A stretch of DNA of 18,933 bases from Terrimicrobiaceae bacterium (GCA_041752695.1 JBGSVZ010000075.1:1-18933), one strand, 5' to 3'. Shown: positions 1 to 8,362, counted from the stretch's first letter. Numbers and translations: made by a program. The notes: a model not told the origin generated them from the letters alone.

Positions 1-70
1 CCCCAAGGGCTTCGCCAGCGGCCCTCAGCTTCTTGATGATTTCTTCAGGTGTATGTCGCTTTCTTTTCAT
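1..70 (-). CDS. IS3-family transposase OrfA, N-terminus (partial)
   Basis: Manual translation from the ATG at 70: MKRKRHTPEEIIKKLRAAGEALG, a typical IS3 OrfA HTH N-terminus. Not in the ORF track because it runs off the window. Confidence 0.85.
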   Translation of the reverse strand, partial: MKRKRHTPEEIIKKLRAAGEALG

Positions 71-108
71 GAGATTTTGGCGGCGCTTCCGCGCCGCCGA
101 CTCTCATA
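68..108 (-). promoter_or_regulatory. Stem-loop sequestering the transposase start codon
   Basis: Perfect 8-bp stem (79-86/91-98) with a GGAA loop on the minus strand. An outer stem (69-74/102-107) includes the ATG. Confidence 0.6.
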
Positions 109-139
109 ACTCCTGGATCAACTTTTGGGGAGCACTCCA

Positions 140-661
140 GCACCGCACCCCACGCGCCCGGGCGGCTAGCAGACGCTCTTTCAGTACGCGTCCGAGTTTA
201 TCGTCATGCACAATGTAAAACTGCACAACGACATAACGGGCAGCCTTATCGATGGCTGCAAAGATCGCAGGAAAGGTCTCCTCCCCATCCACCAAAAGCC
301 GGCTGGAATTTCCCCGGGTCGCCGGCAGGCCGCGCAAACGGAGCGCCAACTGCTCGGCATCACGATATTTTTTGGCCATCTCACAGGCAAAGGGTTTGAG
401 CGCCTCCTGGGTCCGGGCCAGAGCATCATCAAGCTCCCGGCACTTCTCCGCACCCGCCAGCGTGTACCCCGAAAAACGCGACTCACCGAAAATGAGAAAC
501 GCCGGAATCGCGACGTAGGGCAAAACGATCAGCGCGAACCCCCACGCAATCGAGGCCTGCGGCGTGCGGGAAATCAAGACCGCCCGCACGGCAAAACAGA
601 TCCCGGCCACCTGAAAGACCAGGGTGACAACGGAAAAAATGACTAGGACAAAATTGGGCAT
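140..661 (-). pseudogene. cls: Cardiolipin synthase 5' part, interrupted by the IS3 element
   Basis: MPNFVLV... with two TM helices and the motifs RTPQASIAW, LLVDGEETFPAIFAAI, QFYIVHDD and ARGVRC. It ends before any HKD motif; the frame runs into the IS and stops at 104. Confidence 0.85.
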
Positions 662-668
662 GAACACC

Positions 669-2036
669 TTAGTCCGGGCGTTTTTCCCTGCGATACGCCT
701 CGGCGAGGAGGCTGATGGGATGGCGCACCTCCACGTCCACGACAAATTTCCGCGCGCCGCTCTCCAACTGCAGGTGACAGCCCGGATTGGCCGTCGCGAC
801 GATGGGCGTCCCCGCGCGGGCAATGTGCCCGAGTTTTCGTTCCTGCAGTTTGGCCGCCATTTCGGGCTGGGTGATATTATAGATCCCCGCGCTTCCACAG
901 CACCAGGTGGACTCGGCGAGTTCGGTCAGTTGCAATCCCGGGATGGCCTTGAGCACCTCACGCGGCTGACGGGTGATCTTCTGGCCATGACACAAATGGC
1001 AGGCCTCGTGGTAGGTCACCTTTTGCGTCACCGGGGTCACCTCCGGTTTTCGCACGCCGATCTCCGCGAGCCATTCATGGATGTCGCGCAACTTATGGGA
1101 CCAAAGCCTCGCCTTGCTCACATAAAGGGGATCATCCGCCAGCAGGTGATCGTAATGTTTAAGGTGCGAACCGCATCCGGCAGCATTGGTGATGATGGCG
1201 TCGAGCGAGTCCAGGTTAAAGGCATCGAGCTGTTTGCGGGCCAACATCTTCGCCGTTTCGACATCACCGTTGTGCGCATGCAGCGACCCGCAACAATACT
1301 GCACCTGCGGCGTGAACACCTTGCAGCCATTGGCCGTCAAGACTTCCGCCGTGTCCCGGTTCACATCGGCCAGCACAATATCCTGCACACACCCCGTCAG
1401 CAGGCCGACGCGATATTTCACCTCGCCTACGGGACGCTCGATCTCCTGAATCAACTGATGGGAAAACTTCGCCTGGGCGTGCGGGGTCATTCGCTCCAGT
1501 TCGCGGAACCGATAGGGCAGCAAATAATTCAATTTCAGCCCGCGGAAAATTGCCTGCGCACCGCTGGCCCGGTACAGCCAGAGCAACCGCCCCACAAAAC
1601 GCAACAACCGCGGCCGGGTGAAGAGACCCTTGAGCAACACCCCCCGAATCACATTGCGTTTCGAGCTCTGCAAAACCCCCGATCGCTCCGCCTCCGCGCG
1701 GGCCGTCTCAAACAACTCGGTGTAGTTCACACCCGCCGGACACGCCGTCTCGCAGGCCAGACAACCCAGGCAAAAATACATCTCATCCGCAAAGGCCTTC
1801 GACGTCTCGATGCGTCCATCCGCCACCGCCCGCATTAACGAGATGCGACCACGCGGGCTGTTTCGTTCCTCCTTCGTGGCATCATACGTCGGGCACGTCG
1901 GCAGACACATGCCGCAGTGCATGCACTGCTGCAAAACCGAGTAGTCCAAATTGCGGAGCAGGTTGGACGACGGTTTTGCAGAACGCTCAACGTTCAACTT
2001 TGAACTTTCAACGCTCAAGTTAGGCGGCCCCCTCAT
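669..2036 (-). CDS. glcF: Glycolate oxidase iron-sulfur subunit / (Fe-S)-binding CCG-domain protein
   Basis: CMHCGMCLPTCP and CLGCLACETACP ferredoxin motifs, two CCG motifs, YHEACHL and TANPGC. Start is uncertain (ATG 2036, or TTG 2018 after GAGGGGG); the ORF-track start at 2093 is unlikely. Confidence 0.88.
   Translation of the reverse strand: MRGPPNLSVESSKLNVERSAKPSSNLLRNLDYSVLQQCMHCGMCLPTCPTYDATKEERNSPRGRISLMRAVADGRIETSKAFADEMYFCLGCLACETACPAGVNYTELFETARAEAERSGVLQSSKRNVIRGVLLKGLFTRPRLLRFVGRLLWLYRASGAQAIFRGLKLNYLLPYRFRELERMTPHAQAKFSHQLIQEIERPVGEVKYRVGLLTGCVQDIVLADVNRDTAEVLTANGCKVFTPQVQYCCGSLHAHNGDVETAKMLARKQLDAFNLDSLDAIITNAAGCGSHLKHYDHLLADDPLYVSKARLWSHKLRDIHEWLAEIGVRKPEVTPVTQKVTYHEACHLCHGQKITRQPREVLKAIPGLQLTELAESTWCCGSAGIYNITQPEMAAKLQERKLGHIARAGTPIVATANPGCHLQLESGARKFVVDVEVRHPISLLAEAYRREKRPD
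1982..2020 (+). repeat. 39-bp 5x7-mer array, left arm of the inverted repeat around the four-helix-bundle gene
   Basis: AACGCTC AACGTTC AACTTTG AACTTTC AACGCTC AAGT; 37/39 identical to the reverse complement of 2386-2424. Confidence 0.95.
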
Positions 2037-2439
2037 TTTTCGACGCGGTTTGCAAACTCTTCGCAAAGATTCGAACCAGTTCGTCCGATTCAATGAGGAG
2101 ATCGTCGAGGAGTTTCGGCTGGGAGATCAATTCGGCTTTTTGAACCAATCGCAACCACCGTCGCGACTCCCGAAGTTCTTTGAAACAAACTCTCAACTTA
2201 TGCACAAAATCCTTCCGCGATTCTGCTCCTTCGGCTTCGCCGTGATTTCCGTATGGCGAGGTACCGGATCGAAGCAGTTGATCGGCAATATGCTCACCCG
2301 CCCTGGAAGGTTTCATTTTCTCCGTCACCCGGATCACCCGCACGGCATATTCCAACAAGCGATCCTCAAGATCGAATTTGGCCCCACTTGAGCGTTGAGA
2401 GTTCAACGTTGAACGTTGAGCGTTGGAATCCGCGTTCAT
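2020..2439 (-). CDS. Four-helix-bundle protein (23S rRNA intervening-sequence protein / Avd-like family)
   Basis: FDLEDRLLEYA, DQLLRSGTSPYGNHGEA, SRKDFVHKLRVCFKELRES and DELVRIF match the TIGR02436-type pattern. The ATG at 2439 overlaps the glcD stop (TGATG). Confidence 0.9.
   Translation of the reverse strand: MNADSNAQRSTLNSQRSSGAKFDLEDRLLEYAVRVIRVTEKMKPSRAGEHIADQLLRSGTSPYGNHGEAEGAESRKDFVHKLRVCFKELRESRRWLRLVQKAELISQPKLLDDLLIESDELVRIFAKSLQTASKNEGAA
2386..2424 (-). repeat. 39-bp 5x7-mer array, right arm of the inverted repeat
   Basis: Minus strand: AACGCTC AACGTTC AACGTTG AACTCTC AACGCTC AAGT; translated as NAQRSTLNSQRSS in the four-helix-bundle N-terminus. Confidence 0.95.
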
Positions 2440-3818
2440 CAAAAAATCTTCCCCGGATTTAATATGCCGTTTGGATCGAAAGATTTTTTGATGATCTTCA
2501 TCGCTTCCAGATTCCGGTCTCCCACGGCCTGGGGGAGGAAGGCTTTTTTGGCCAGTCCGACGCCGTGCTCCCCGGTGATGGTGCCGCCAAGTTCGAGGGC
2601 AAAATCGAAGATTTCTTTCATGGCCAGTTCCACACGATGCATCTCCTCGGTGTTTCTTTCGTTGGTGAGGAAGGTCGGATGCAAATTGCCGTCGCCCATG
2701 TGTCCGAAGGTGCCAACTTTGAGGCGGTATTTGTCGGCGATCTCCTGGATGCGCGCGACCATCCGGGCCAGTTCGCTCCGGGGGACAGTGGCGTCTTCGA
2801 GGATGGTGGTGGGCGCCAGACGCGCCAGCGAGGAAAATGCCGCCCGTCTCGCCGTGGCCAACTGGGCGGCCTCCGCTTCGTTTTGCGCGACCGTGACCTC
2901 ACGCGCCCCCGTGTTGCGCGCGATTTCTTCCATGCGGCTGGCTTCCTCCTCAACCGCGGCCGGATGACCGTCTGTCTCGATGAGCAGGATCGCCGCAGCG
3001 TCACGCGGTAGCCCCATGTGCATGTAGTCCTCCACACAGTTGATCGTCACCCGGTCCAAAAATTCCAACGTGCAGGGAATGATCTTGGCCTCAATGATGG
3101 CGGAGACCGTATTGGCGGCATCCTCCATGCGATCGAAAACGGCCAGCATCGTTTTACGGGCGGCCGGTTTGGGAATGAGGCTGAGCAACACTTTCGTAAT
3201 CACTCCCAGAGTGCCTTCGGACCCGACGAACAATTCGCGCAGCGAATATCCCGCCACGTCCTTCACGCATTTGTTGCCGGTGAAAATCACCTCGCCTGTC
3301 GGAAGCACAACTTCCAGTCCCATCACGTAGTCGCGAGTAACCCCATACTTCAACCCCCTCAGCCCGCCGGAGTTTTCCGCGACATTTCCCCCGATGGTGG
3401 AGATTTTCATCGAACCGGGATCGGGCGGGTAAAACAACCCCACTTTCTCCGCGGCCTCCGCAATGGATAGAGTGATGGCCCCCGGTTCCGCCGTGAGAGT
3501 CAGATTTTTGGCGTCCACTTCGAGGATCGCGTTCATCTTGGACAGGCACAATACCACACACCCTTCCGTCGGCAGGCTGCCGCCGCTAAGGCCCGTGCCG
3601 GAGCCCCGAGTGACTACGGGGAACTTCTGCGCGTTCGCCAGCTTGAGGAGATCGACCACCTGTGCCGTGGATTTTGCGAACGCCACGATGCCCGGCATCT
3701 GCTGGAGAGCGGCGGTGCCGTCAAACGAATAGGGCACCAGATCCTCGGGCGACGTGAGGAGGCTGTCGGCGGAAAAGATCGCCTGAAGGGACGGATAAAG
3801 TTCGACCACGGATGGCAT
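2439..3818 (-). CDS. glcD: FAD-linked oxidase, glycolate oxidase subunit GlcD
   Basis: RGSGTGLSGG, YPPDPGS, IGGNVAENSGG, KYGVTRDYV, GSEGTLG, GHMGDGNLH, GEHGVG and LNPGKIF; adjacent to glcF. Confidence 0.92.
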   Translation of the reverse strand: MPSVVELYPSLQAIFSADSLLTSPEDLVPYSFDGTAALQQMPGIVAFAKSTAQVVDLLKLANAQKFPVVTRGSGTGLSGGSLPTEGCVVLCLSKMNAILEVDAKNLTLTAEPGAITLSIAEAAEKVGLFYPPDPGSMKISTIGGNVAENSGGLRGLKYGVTRDYVMGLEVVLPTGEVIFTGNKCVKDVAGYSLRELFVGSEGTLGVITKVLLSLIPKPAARKTMLAVFDRMEDAANTVSAIIEAKIIPCTLEFLDRVTINCVEDYMHMGLPRDAAAILLIETDGHPAAVEEEASRMEEIARNTGAREVTVAQNEAEAAQLATARRAAFSSLARLAPTTILEDATVPRSELARMVARIQEIADKYRLKVGTFGHMGDGNLHPTFLTNERNTEEMHRVELAMKEIFDFALELGGTITGEHGVGLAKKAFLPQAVGDRNLEAMKIIKKSFDPNGILNPGKIF

Positions 3819-3871
3819 GCGAACTTTATAGGCACTATCCGGAGCGTTCCCGCACCAAAAATCTGCGCTTT

Positions 3872-4576
3872 CTAACCTTCGGCGTTGTCTTTTTCCTGCG
3901 CCACCCAGTCGATGGCGAAACGCACCATTTCTCCCGCATCGCGAAAACCGAGCTTTTCTTTGATGTGGGCGCGGTGCGTCTCGATCGTCTTCACGCTGAG
4001 GTGCAATTCGCCCGCAATTTCCTTGGTGCCAAATCCCCGCCCGAGAAGCTCGAGAACTTCCAGTTCGCGATCCGAGAGACGATCCACCGGCGAACCACTG
4101 CTGCCATCGACGGATTGGATCGCTTGGAAAATCAACCGCTCGCTCAGACGCGGGCTCACGTAAATTTCTCCCTTGAGTGCCTTCCTCAGCGCATCCAGCA
4201 CGTGGGTGAGAGCCTCGGCCTTCATCACGTACCCGAGCGCCCCGGCTTTCAAGGCGCGCAAGGCGTAAAGCGACTCGTCGTGCATCGAAAGCATCAAAAG
4301 CGGAAGTTTCGGATATTCCGCTCTCATCAGCTTGATCAACTCAATGCCGTTCGTGCCAGGCAGGGAAATATCCAGCAGGGCGATGTCGGGTTTCAAGGTG
4401 CGCATCGCGTTCAGGGCGGTGGGGGAGGACGATGCCTCGCCGCAGACCTCCAGATCTGCCTCGGCGTTGATGAGAGCCGTGATCCCATGGCGGAAAACGG
4501 GATGATCATCCACAATCAGCACGCGGCTTTTCACGGACGTTTCCTCGGCAGGTTTCGGGGTCTTTAACGCGCTCAT
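3872..4576 (-). CDS. NarL/LuxR-family DNA-binding response regulator
   Basis: Receiver (VLIVDDHPVFR, LLDISLP, GYVMK) plus LuxR HTH (LSDRELEVL, LSVKTIETHRAHIKEKLG). Start placed at ATG 4576 (MSALKT). Confidence 0.93.
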   Translation of the reverse strand: MSALKTPKPAEETSVKSRVLIVDDHPVFRHGITALINAEADLEVCGEASSSPTALNAMRTLKPDIALLDISLPGTNGIELIKLMRAEYPKLPLLMLSMHDESLYALRALKAGALGYVMKAEALTHVLDALRKALKGEIYVSPRLSERLIFQAIQSVDGSSGSPVDRLSDRELEVLELLGRGFGTKEIAGELHLSVKTIETHRAHIKEKLGFRDAGEMVRFAIDWVAQEKDNAEG

Positions 4577-4578
4577 AG

Positions 4579-5352
4579 TCAGGATGGAAAAATGCAGGTT
4601 ACGGAGGTTCCTCCCCCGGGCTTGAAAGCCATGGTTAACTCCCCTTTCATCGCCTGCGATCGATAATGAAGGGTTCTCGCGGTCGTGCCGGCGGGGTCCG
4701 CCGTCAGTTCGCTTTCGATGGTGCCGTCGTCCGTGATTTGCAGGCAGATGGAAGGGCCTTTTTGCCGAAGGGACAGGGAAATGTGGGAGGCACCGGATTG
4801 CAGGGCGCACGAGACGGTCTCCTGGGCGATTCGATAGGCGTTCAAAGCCACCGCGGGCTCTTTCACCAGCACGTCGGCGGTGCAGCAAAATTCGCAGGCG
4901 ACAGAATGCCCGGCGCGATTTGCCAGTTCCTGCAGAGCGGACATCAATCCGGCGGAATCCAACTCCACGGGATGAAGGCCGCGGGAAATATCCCGAACCT
5001 GAGTGACCGCATCATTGATGAGGCGCGCCAGATCGTGCAACTGAGGGGCCAGACGAGATTCCTCGCGGTCCATCGCGCCAGCCAGGGCCTTGGCCGCAAA
5101 CGCTGCGCCCAGGAGATGTTGGCAAAGATGATCATGCAACTCTTGTCCGATCCGGCGCTGCTCCCTTTCCGCGGCTTCGAGCAGGGCGCGCTCGAGGAAT
5201 TTTTTCTCTTCGAGCAGCTCGGAAAAAACTTTTCCCGAGGGTGGGGATTCCCCGCGAGAATCATCTGTCATCGCCACTTCCCGGCTACCATGAGCGTTCA
5301 CGCCGCTGACGGCAACGCCATTATTCGCTTCATGGGGAGGGAGGCTGTTCAT
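4579..5352 (-). CDS. HisKA_3-type histidine kinase-like protein, no sensor domain, degenerate ATPase boxes
   Basis: H-box EQRRIGQELHDHLCQ, RGLHP, YRIAQE, ITDDG and GGGTSV. Start at ATG 5352 or 5271. Confidence 0.8.
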   Translation of the reverse strand: MNSLPPHEANNGVAVSGVNAHGSREVAMTDDSRGESPPSGKVFSELLEEKKFLERALLEAAEREQRRIGQELHDHLCQHLLGAAFAAKALAGAMDREESRLAPQLHDLARLINDAVTQVRDISRGLHPVELDSAGLMSALQELANRAGHSVACEFCCTADVLVKEPAVALNAYRIAQETVSCALQSGASHISLSLRQKGPSICLQITDDGTIESELTADPAGTTARTLHYRSQAMKGELTMAFKPGGGTSVTCIFPS

Positions 5353-5475
5353 GAAAAAAGACGGGAGCCTCGGTGCACAACCCAGGCTCGAAAAGGAGTT
5401 GAAGAAGAGATCGTCCTGCCAGGCATACAAAAGGGTTTCTCCCACTATCGCACGCAACCGCTTGGGCGCGTGTGT

Positions 5476-5865
5476 TTAGTTCGGTACGACGCCCCCCACC
5501 CCGCGCAAAAGGACATCGAGATCATCTGGAACAAAAGGTTTTACCAAGTGGTGCCGATAGCCAGCCCGCAGACTTTTTTCCACGTCGTCTTTCCGACTGT
5601 AGCCACTCATCGCGATCCCAAAAGGCTCCAACCCGAGGGTGGAACGAACCTCCTTCATGAGCTGCCACCCATCTCCATCCGGCAGACCAATATCGCTGAT
5701 CAACACGTCAACCTGCCGGCCTTCCAGTCCCCGCAACGCCGAGTCCATATCCCTCGCACATTCCACCTGATGACCGCAGGCCCGGAGATAACTCGAGAGA
5801 TAGACCAGCGTATCCGTGTGATTCTCCACGAGAAAAATTTTCAGCGAAGAGGAAGGTGTGGTCAC
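5476..5865 (-). CDS. Stand-alone receiver-domain response regulator
   Basis: KIFLVENH, DVLISDIGLPDGDG, AMSGY and HLVKPF. Probable GTG start at 5865. Confidence 0.85.
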   Translation of the reverse strand: MTTPSSSLKIFLVENHTDTLVYLSSYLRACGHQVECARDMDSALRGLEGRQVDVLISDIGLPDGDGWQLMKEVRSTLGLEPFGIAMSGYSRKDDVEKSLRAGYRHHLVKPFVPDDLDVLLRGVGGVVPN

Positions 5866-5938
5866 AATCTTGCGGGCTCTCTCGGAGCCTACCAGATGCG
5901 GGAAAAACACCGCAAACGGATTCTCGACGCCACATGGA

Positions 5939-6325
5939 TCAATTGCGAAAGGCCTCCAAGTATTTCTCGGTCTTCTCGATGACGCCATCCGCAACAAAGG
6001 GATACGCAATAAAGTCGTCTGCCCCCGCATCGAACGCCGCTCCCACGATTTCGCTGTCACCTTCCCGTGAGATAATCAGAACCTGTGTTCCTTTCACGGG
6101 CCCAAGGGCACAAATTTCCGAGACGTCCTTGATCGTATCAACCAAAACCACAAGCGGAACTGGGAATTCCACCAACTTGGCCTTGTCCGTAATGAGCATC
6201 AGACTCGAATACTTGGCGCGCAGGATGGTTTCCAACTCCGCCAGGACCTGGGGGTCCTCCACAAAAAGCGCGACTCGGGGGAACGCTGCCGAGTCGGCCG
6301 TGGGGATTTCGCTCGGGGAGGTCAT
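5939..6325 (-). CDS. Atypical (pseudo-)receiver-domain protein
   Basis: Receiver-like pattern LFVED, VVLVD, LIIS, GADDFIAYPF; the conserved Lys is replaced by Tyr. Confidence 0.7.
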   Translation of the reverse strand: MTSPSEIPTADSAAFPRVALFVEDPQVLAELETILRAKYSSLMLITDKAKLVEFPVPLVVLVDTIKDVSEICALGPVKGTQVLIISREGDSEIVGAAFDAGADDFIAYPFVADGVIEKTEKYLEAFRN

Positions 6326-6657
6326 GGGTTTCCGACCGGGACGGAAACATTCCCTGCCGGCAGCTCCGGTGCTTTCGGAGTGCTGGGACAGGATTCGCGC
6401 AAATATTCCGCCACGCGCGCTGCGCCATAGATCAACAACGCCGGTTTGAGCAGAGTGATGAGGATTTTCAACAATGTTGCCGCAATCCGTGAGACCGGAA
6501 GAAGATTGAGGACGTAGCCCGCTGCAACGGCTCCCGCCACCGCCACGAGGGGTGACTGACGAACAGTATCCTCACAGCAGTGCCGTTTCGCTTCCCACTT
6601 TTCTCCGACCGTCCGGCAAGCCTCACCGAGCGCCGTATCAATTTTGGAGGTGCTCAT
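6322..6657 (-). CDS. Hypothetical membrane-anchored protein, ElaB/DUF883-like
   Basis: EDTVRQSPLVAVAGAVAAGYVL pattern; overlaps the next gene (ATGA); start MSTSK at 6657. Confidence 0.65.
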   Translation of the reverse strand: MSTSKIDTALGEACRTVGEKWEAKRHCCEDTVRQSPLVAVAGAVAAGYVLNLLPVSRIAATLLKILITLLKPALLIYGAARVAEYLRESCPSTPKAPELPAGNVSVPVGNP

Positions 6658-6662
6658 AACGG

Positions 6663-7010
6663 TTACCACCAACGGAGTTTCCGACCCAGATCGGCGACTT
6701 TTGACCGTAGATTGTCGGGATAGGTTTCCAAATGTTTCAGGCGGGGGAGCCGGTCCGTGATCTGCGCAAAAGCGTCCTCCATCAGATCCCGAGCCATCTT
6801 GGCGGCATCCTGCGGTTTCGGATCCCGACGGGTGCAGAGCATGCCCACGGTCACGCCAATCAACAGCGCACCCAGCACGACGGGTATGGGGTTGGCCCGC
6901 GCATAGTCGCGGCCTGCACGGAGCGCTTCCTGGGCGCGGTCCTGCGCGAATGCGGGGAGGTTGTCCGCTGAATCGGGGACGGCGGCAAAATTTTCAGGGT
7001 TATAACTCAT
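6663..7010 (-). CDS. ElaB/YqjD/DUF883-like membrane-anchored protein
   Basis: DYARANPIPVVLGALLIGVTVGMLCTRR motif; start MSYNPEN at 7010. Confidence 0.7.
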   Translation of the reverse strand: MSYNPENFAAVPDSADNLPAFAQDRAQEALRAGRDYARANPIPVVLGALLIGVTVGMLCTRRDPKPQDAAKMARDLMEDAFAQITDRLPRLKHLETYPDNLRSKVADLGRKLRWW

Positions 7011-7115
7011 AGGGTGTTTGGTTACCGATCCATCGTCTTTCCACGCCGAAGCGGACGCCTCGGCGGGAAATTTTCTTCCGCATCCACCGATCGGCGCACT
7101 CACGTTCCGCGTGAT

Positions 7116-7988
7116 ATGGCTCTCTCCCACTCGTTCCTTGCCCCGGATTGTTTCGATCGCCAACGCCGCACCATCCTCGTCACCGGAGCCGCGGGCAAAA
7201 TTGGCTCCTTCTACGCCTCCCATGCTCCGCCCCATCACTCGCTCCGCCTTCTTGTTCGTGAACATGACGACCGCGCTCGGCACCTTTCGCAATACGGAGA
7301 AGTTGTCATCGCCAGTCTCGGTGACAGGGAGAAAATCCAGGAAGCCTGCACGGGGATCGACACCGTCCTGCACCTTGCCGGAAATCCCAATCCCAGTGCC
7401 GTGTGGGACGACCTCCTTGAAGCTAATATTACCGGGACCTACAATGTCCTCCTGGCGGCGAAAGCGGCGGGATGCCGACGTGTCATTCTGGCCTCATCAA
7501 TCCACGCCGTCTCGGGCTATCCCGCCGACACCCAGGTGCGAACTTCAGAACCCGTAAATCCCGGCGACCTCTATGGCGTCTCGAAATGTTTCGCCGAGGC
7601 CCTGGGACGCTATTTCGCAGAAAAAGAGGGCCTTTCGGTGATCGCCCTTCGGATTGGCGCTTTCCAACCGCTCGAGGAAGCCCGCCGGGAAGACTCGCTT
7701 TGGATGATGGACTGTTTCGTTTCCCCGCCAGACTTACAGGATCTCATTGTCAAATGCATTAACGATACAAGGTTGCGGTTCGCCATTTTCCACGGAGTGA
7801 GTGACAATCGCTTCAAACGCCTCGACATCTCGGATGCGAAGGAACTTGTCGGCTACGCCCCGGTCCATGACCTCACCAACGAACACCCCGATCTTCGGCC
7901 ACTTCAGTTGGACAAATCCGTTTTGGCGCAAAACACAGACGATCCCGGCCAAAAAAGTGGCCTCCGCGATGACCTCGACGCGGGCTGA
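7116..7988 (+). CDS. NAD-dependent epimerase/dehydratase (uronate dehydrogenase-like extended SDR)
   Basis: ILVTGAAGKIG, VLHLAG, ASSIHA, YGVSK (YxxxK) and LRIG. Start at ATG 7116. Confidence 0.88.
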   Translation: MALSHSFLAPDCFDRQRRTILVTGAAGKIGSFYASHAPPHHSLRLLVREHDDRARHLSQYGEVVIASLGDREKIQEACTGIDTVLHLAGNPNPSAVWDDLLEANITGTYNVLLAAKAAGCRRVILASSIHAVSGYPADTQVRTSEPVNPGDLYGVSKCFAEALGRYFAEKEGLSVIALRIGAFQPLEEARREDSLWMMDCFVSPPDLQDLIVKCINDTRLRFAIFHGVSDNRFKRLDISDAKELVGYAPVHDLTNEHPDLRPLQLDKSVLAQNTDDPGQKSGLRDDLDAG

Positions 7989-7992
7989 AAAG

Positions 7993-8184
7993 CTATTCGA
8001 TGACCCGGCGCGAAGCAGGGGACCAACTTACGGTCCCGAAAGCCTTCTCAGTGGAAAACTCCATTCCCGACCGCATCATTCTGCGGAGGACGCGCTGCAG
8101 GCGGCGCTTGTTGTTTTCGGACTTCACGTTTCTCACCCCGGATTGGGGAGCATTGTTGGAAGATCGTGCAGACATGGCGGACAT
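7993..8184 (-). CDS. Small basic hypothetical protein
   Basis: Short ORF (MSAMSARSS...RRLQRVLRRMMRSG) filling the gap between the epimerase and the next gene; no motif recognised. Confidence 0.35.
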   Translation of the reverse strand: MSAMSARSSNNAPQSGVRNVKSENNKRRLQRVLRRMMRSGMEFSTEKAFGTVSWSPASRRVIE

Positions 8185-8362
8185 TGGTTTTTTTACCGCG
8201 AAGGAAGTCGGCCAGCAATCGGGCCGATCCCTGACGCCAGAGTGAGGGTCGCTTTTGCGAGAAAATCTGAGTTCTTGGGGCGCGGAGATCCTTCCGCCCC
8301 CGATTTCTCGGTATGCAAATAGATCCCCTGCAAATCGGCGCAATGTGCTATTCTTTAAATCT

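Larger units (their letters stand above)
1..139 (-). mobile_element. IS3-family insertion sequence, left end (continues beyond the window start)
   Basis: Minus strand from 139 reads TGGAGTGCTCCCCAAAAGTTGATCCA, a 5'-TG end of the IS3-family IRL type. An OrfA-like start follows at 70. Cardiolipin-synthase-like sequence stops abruptly at this point. Confidence 0.85.

Noticed and set aside
662..898. N-terminal extension of the 104-898 ORF
   Set aside because: Overlaps the glcF 3' end in another frame; cls-like sequence begins at ATG 661.
1982..2424. Diversity-generating retroelement, suggested by the Avd-like protein
   Set aside because: No reverse transcriptase and no template/variable repeat pair with adenine-specific mismatches in the window.
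624..5982. Plus-strand ORFs 624-1838, 3812-4567 and 4666-5982
   Set aside because: Antisense to recognisable minus-strand genes; no domain signatures.
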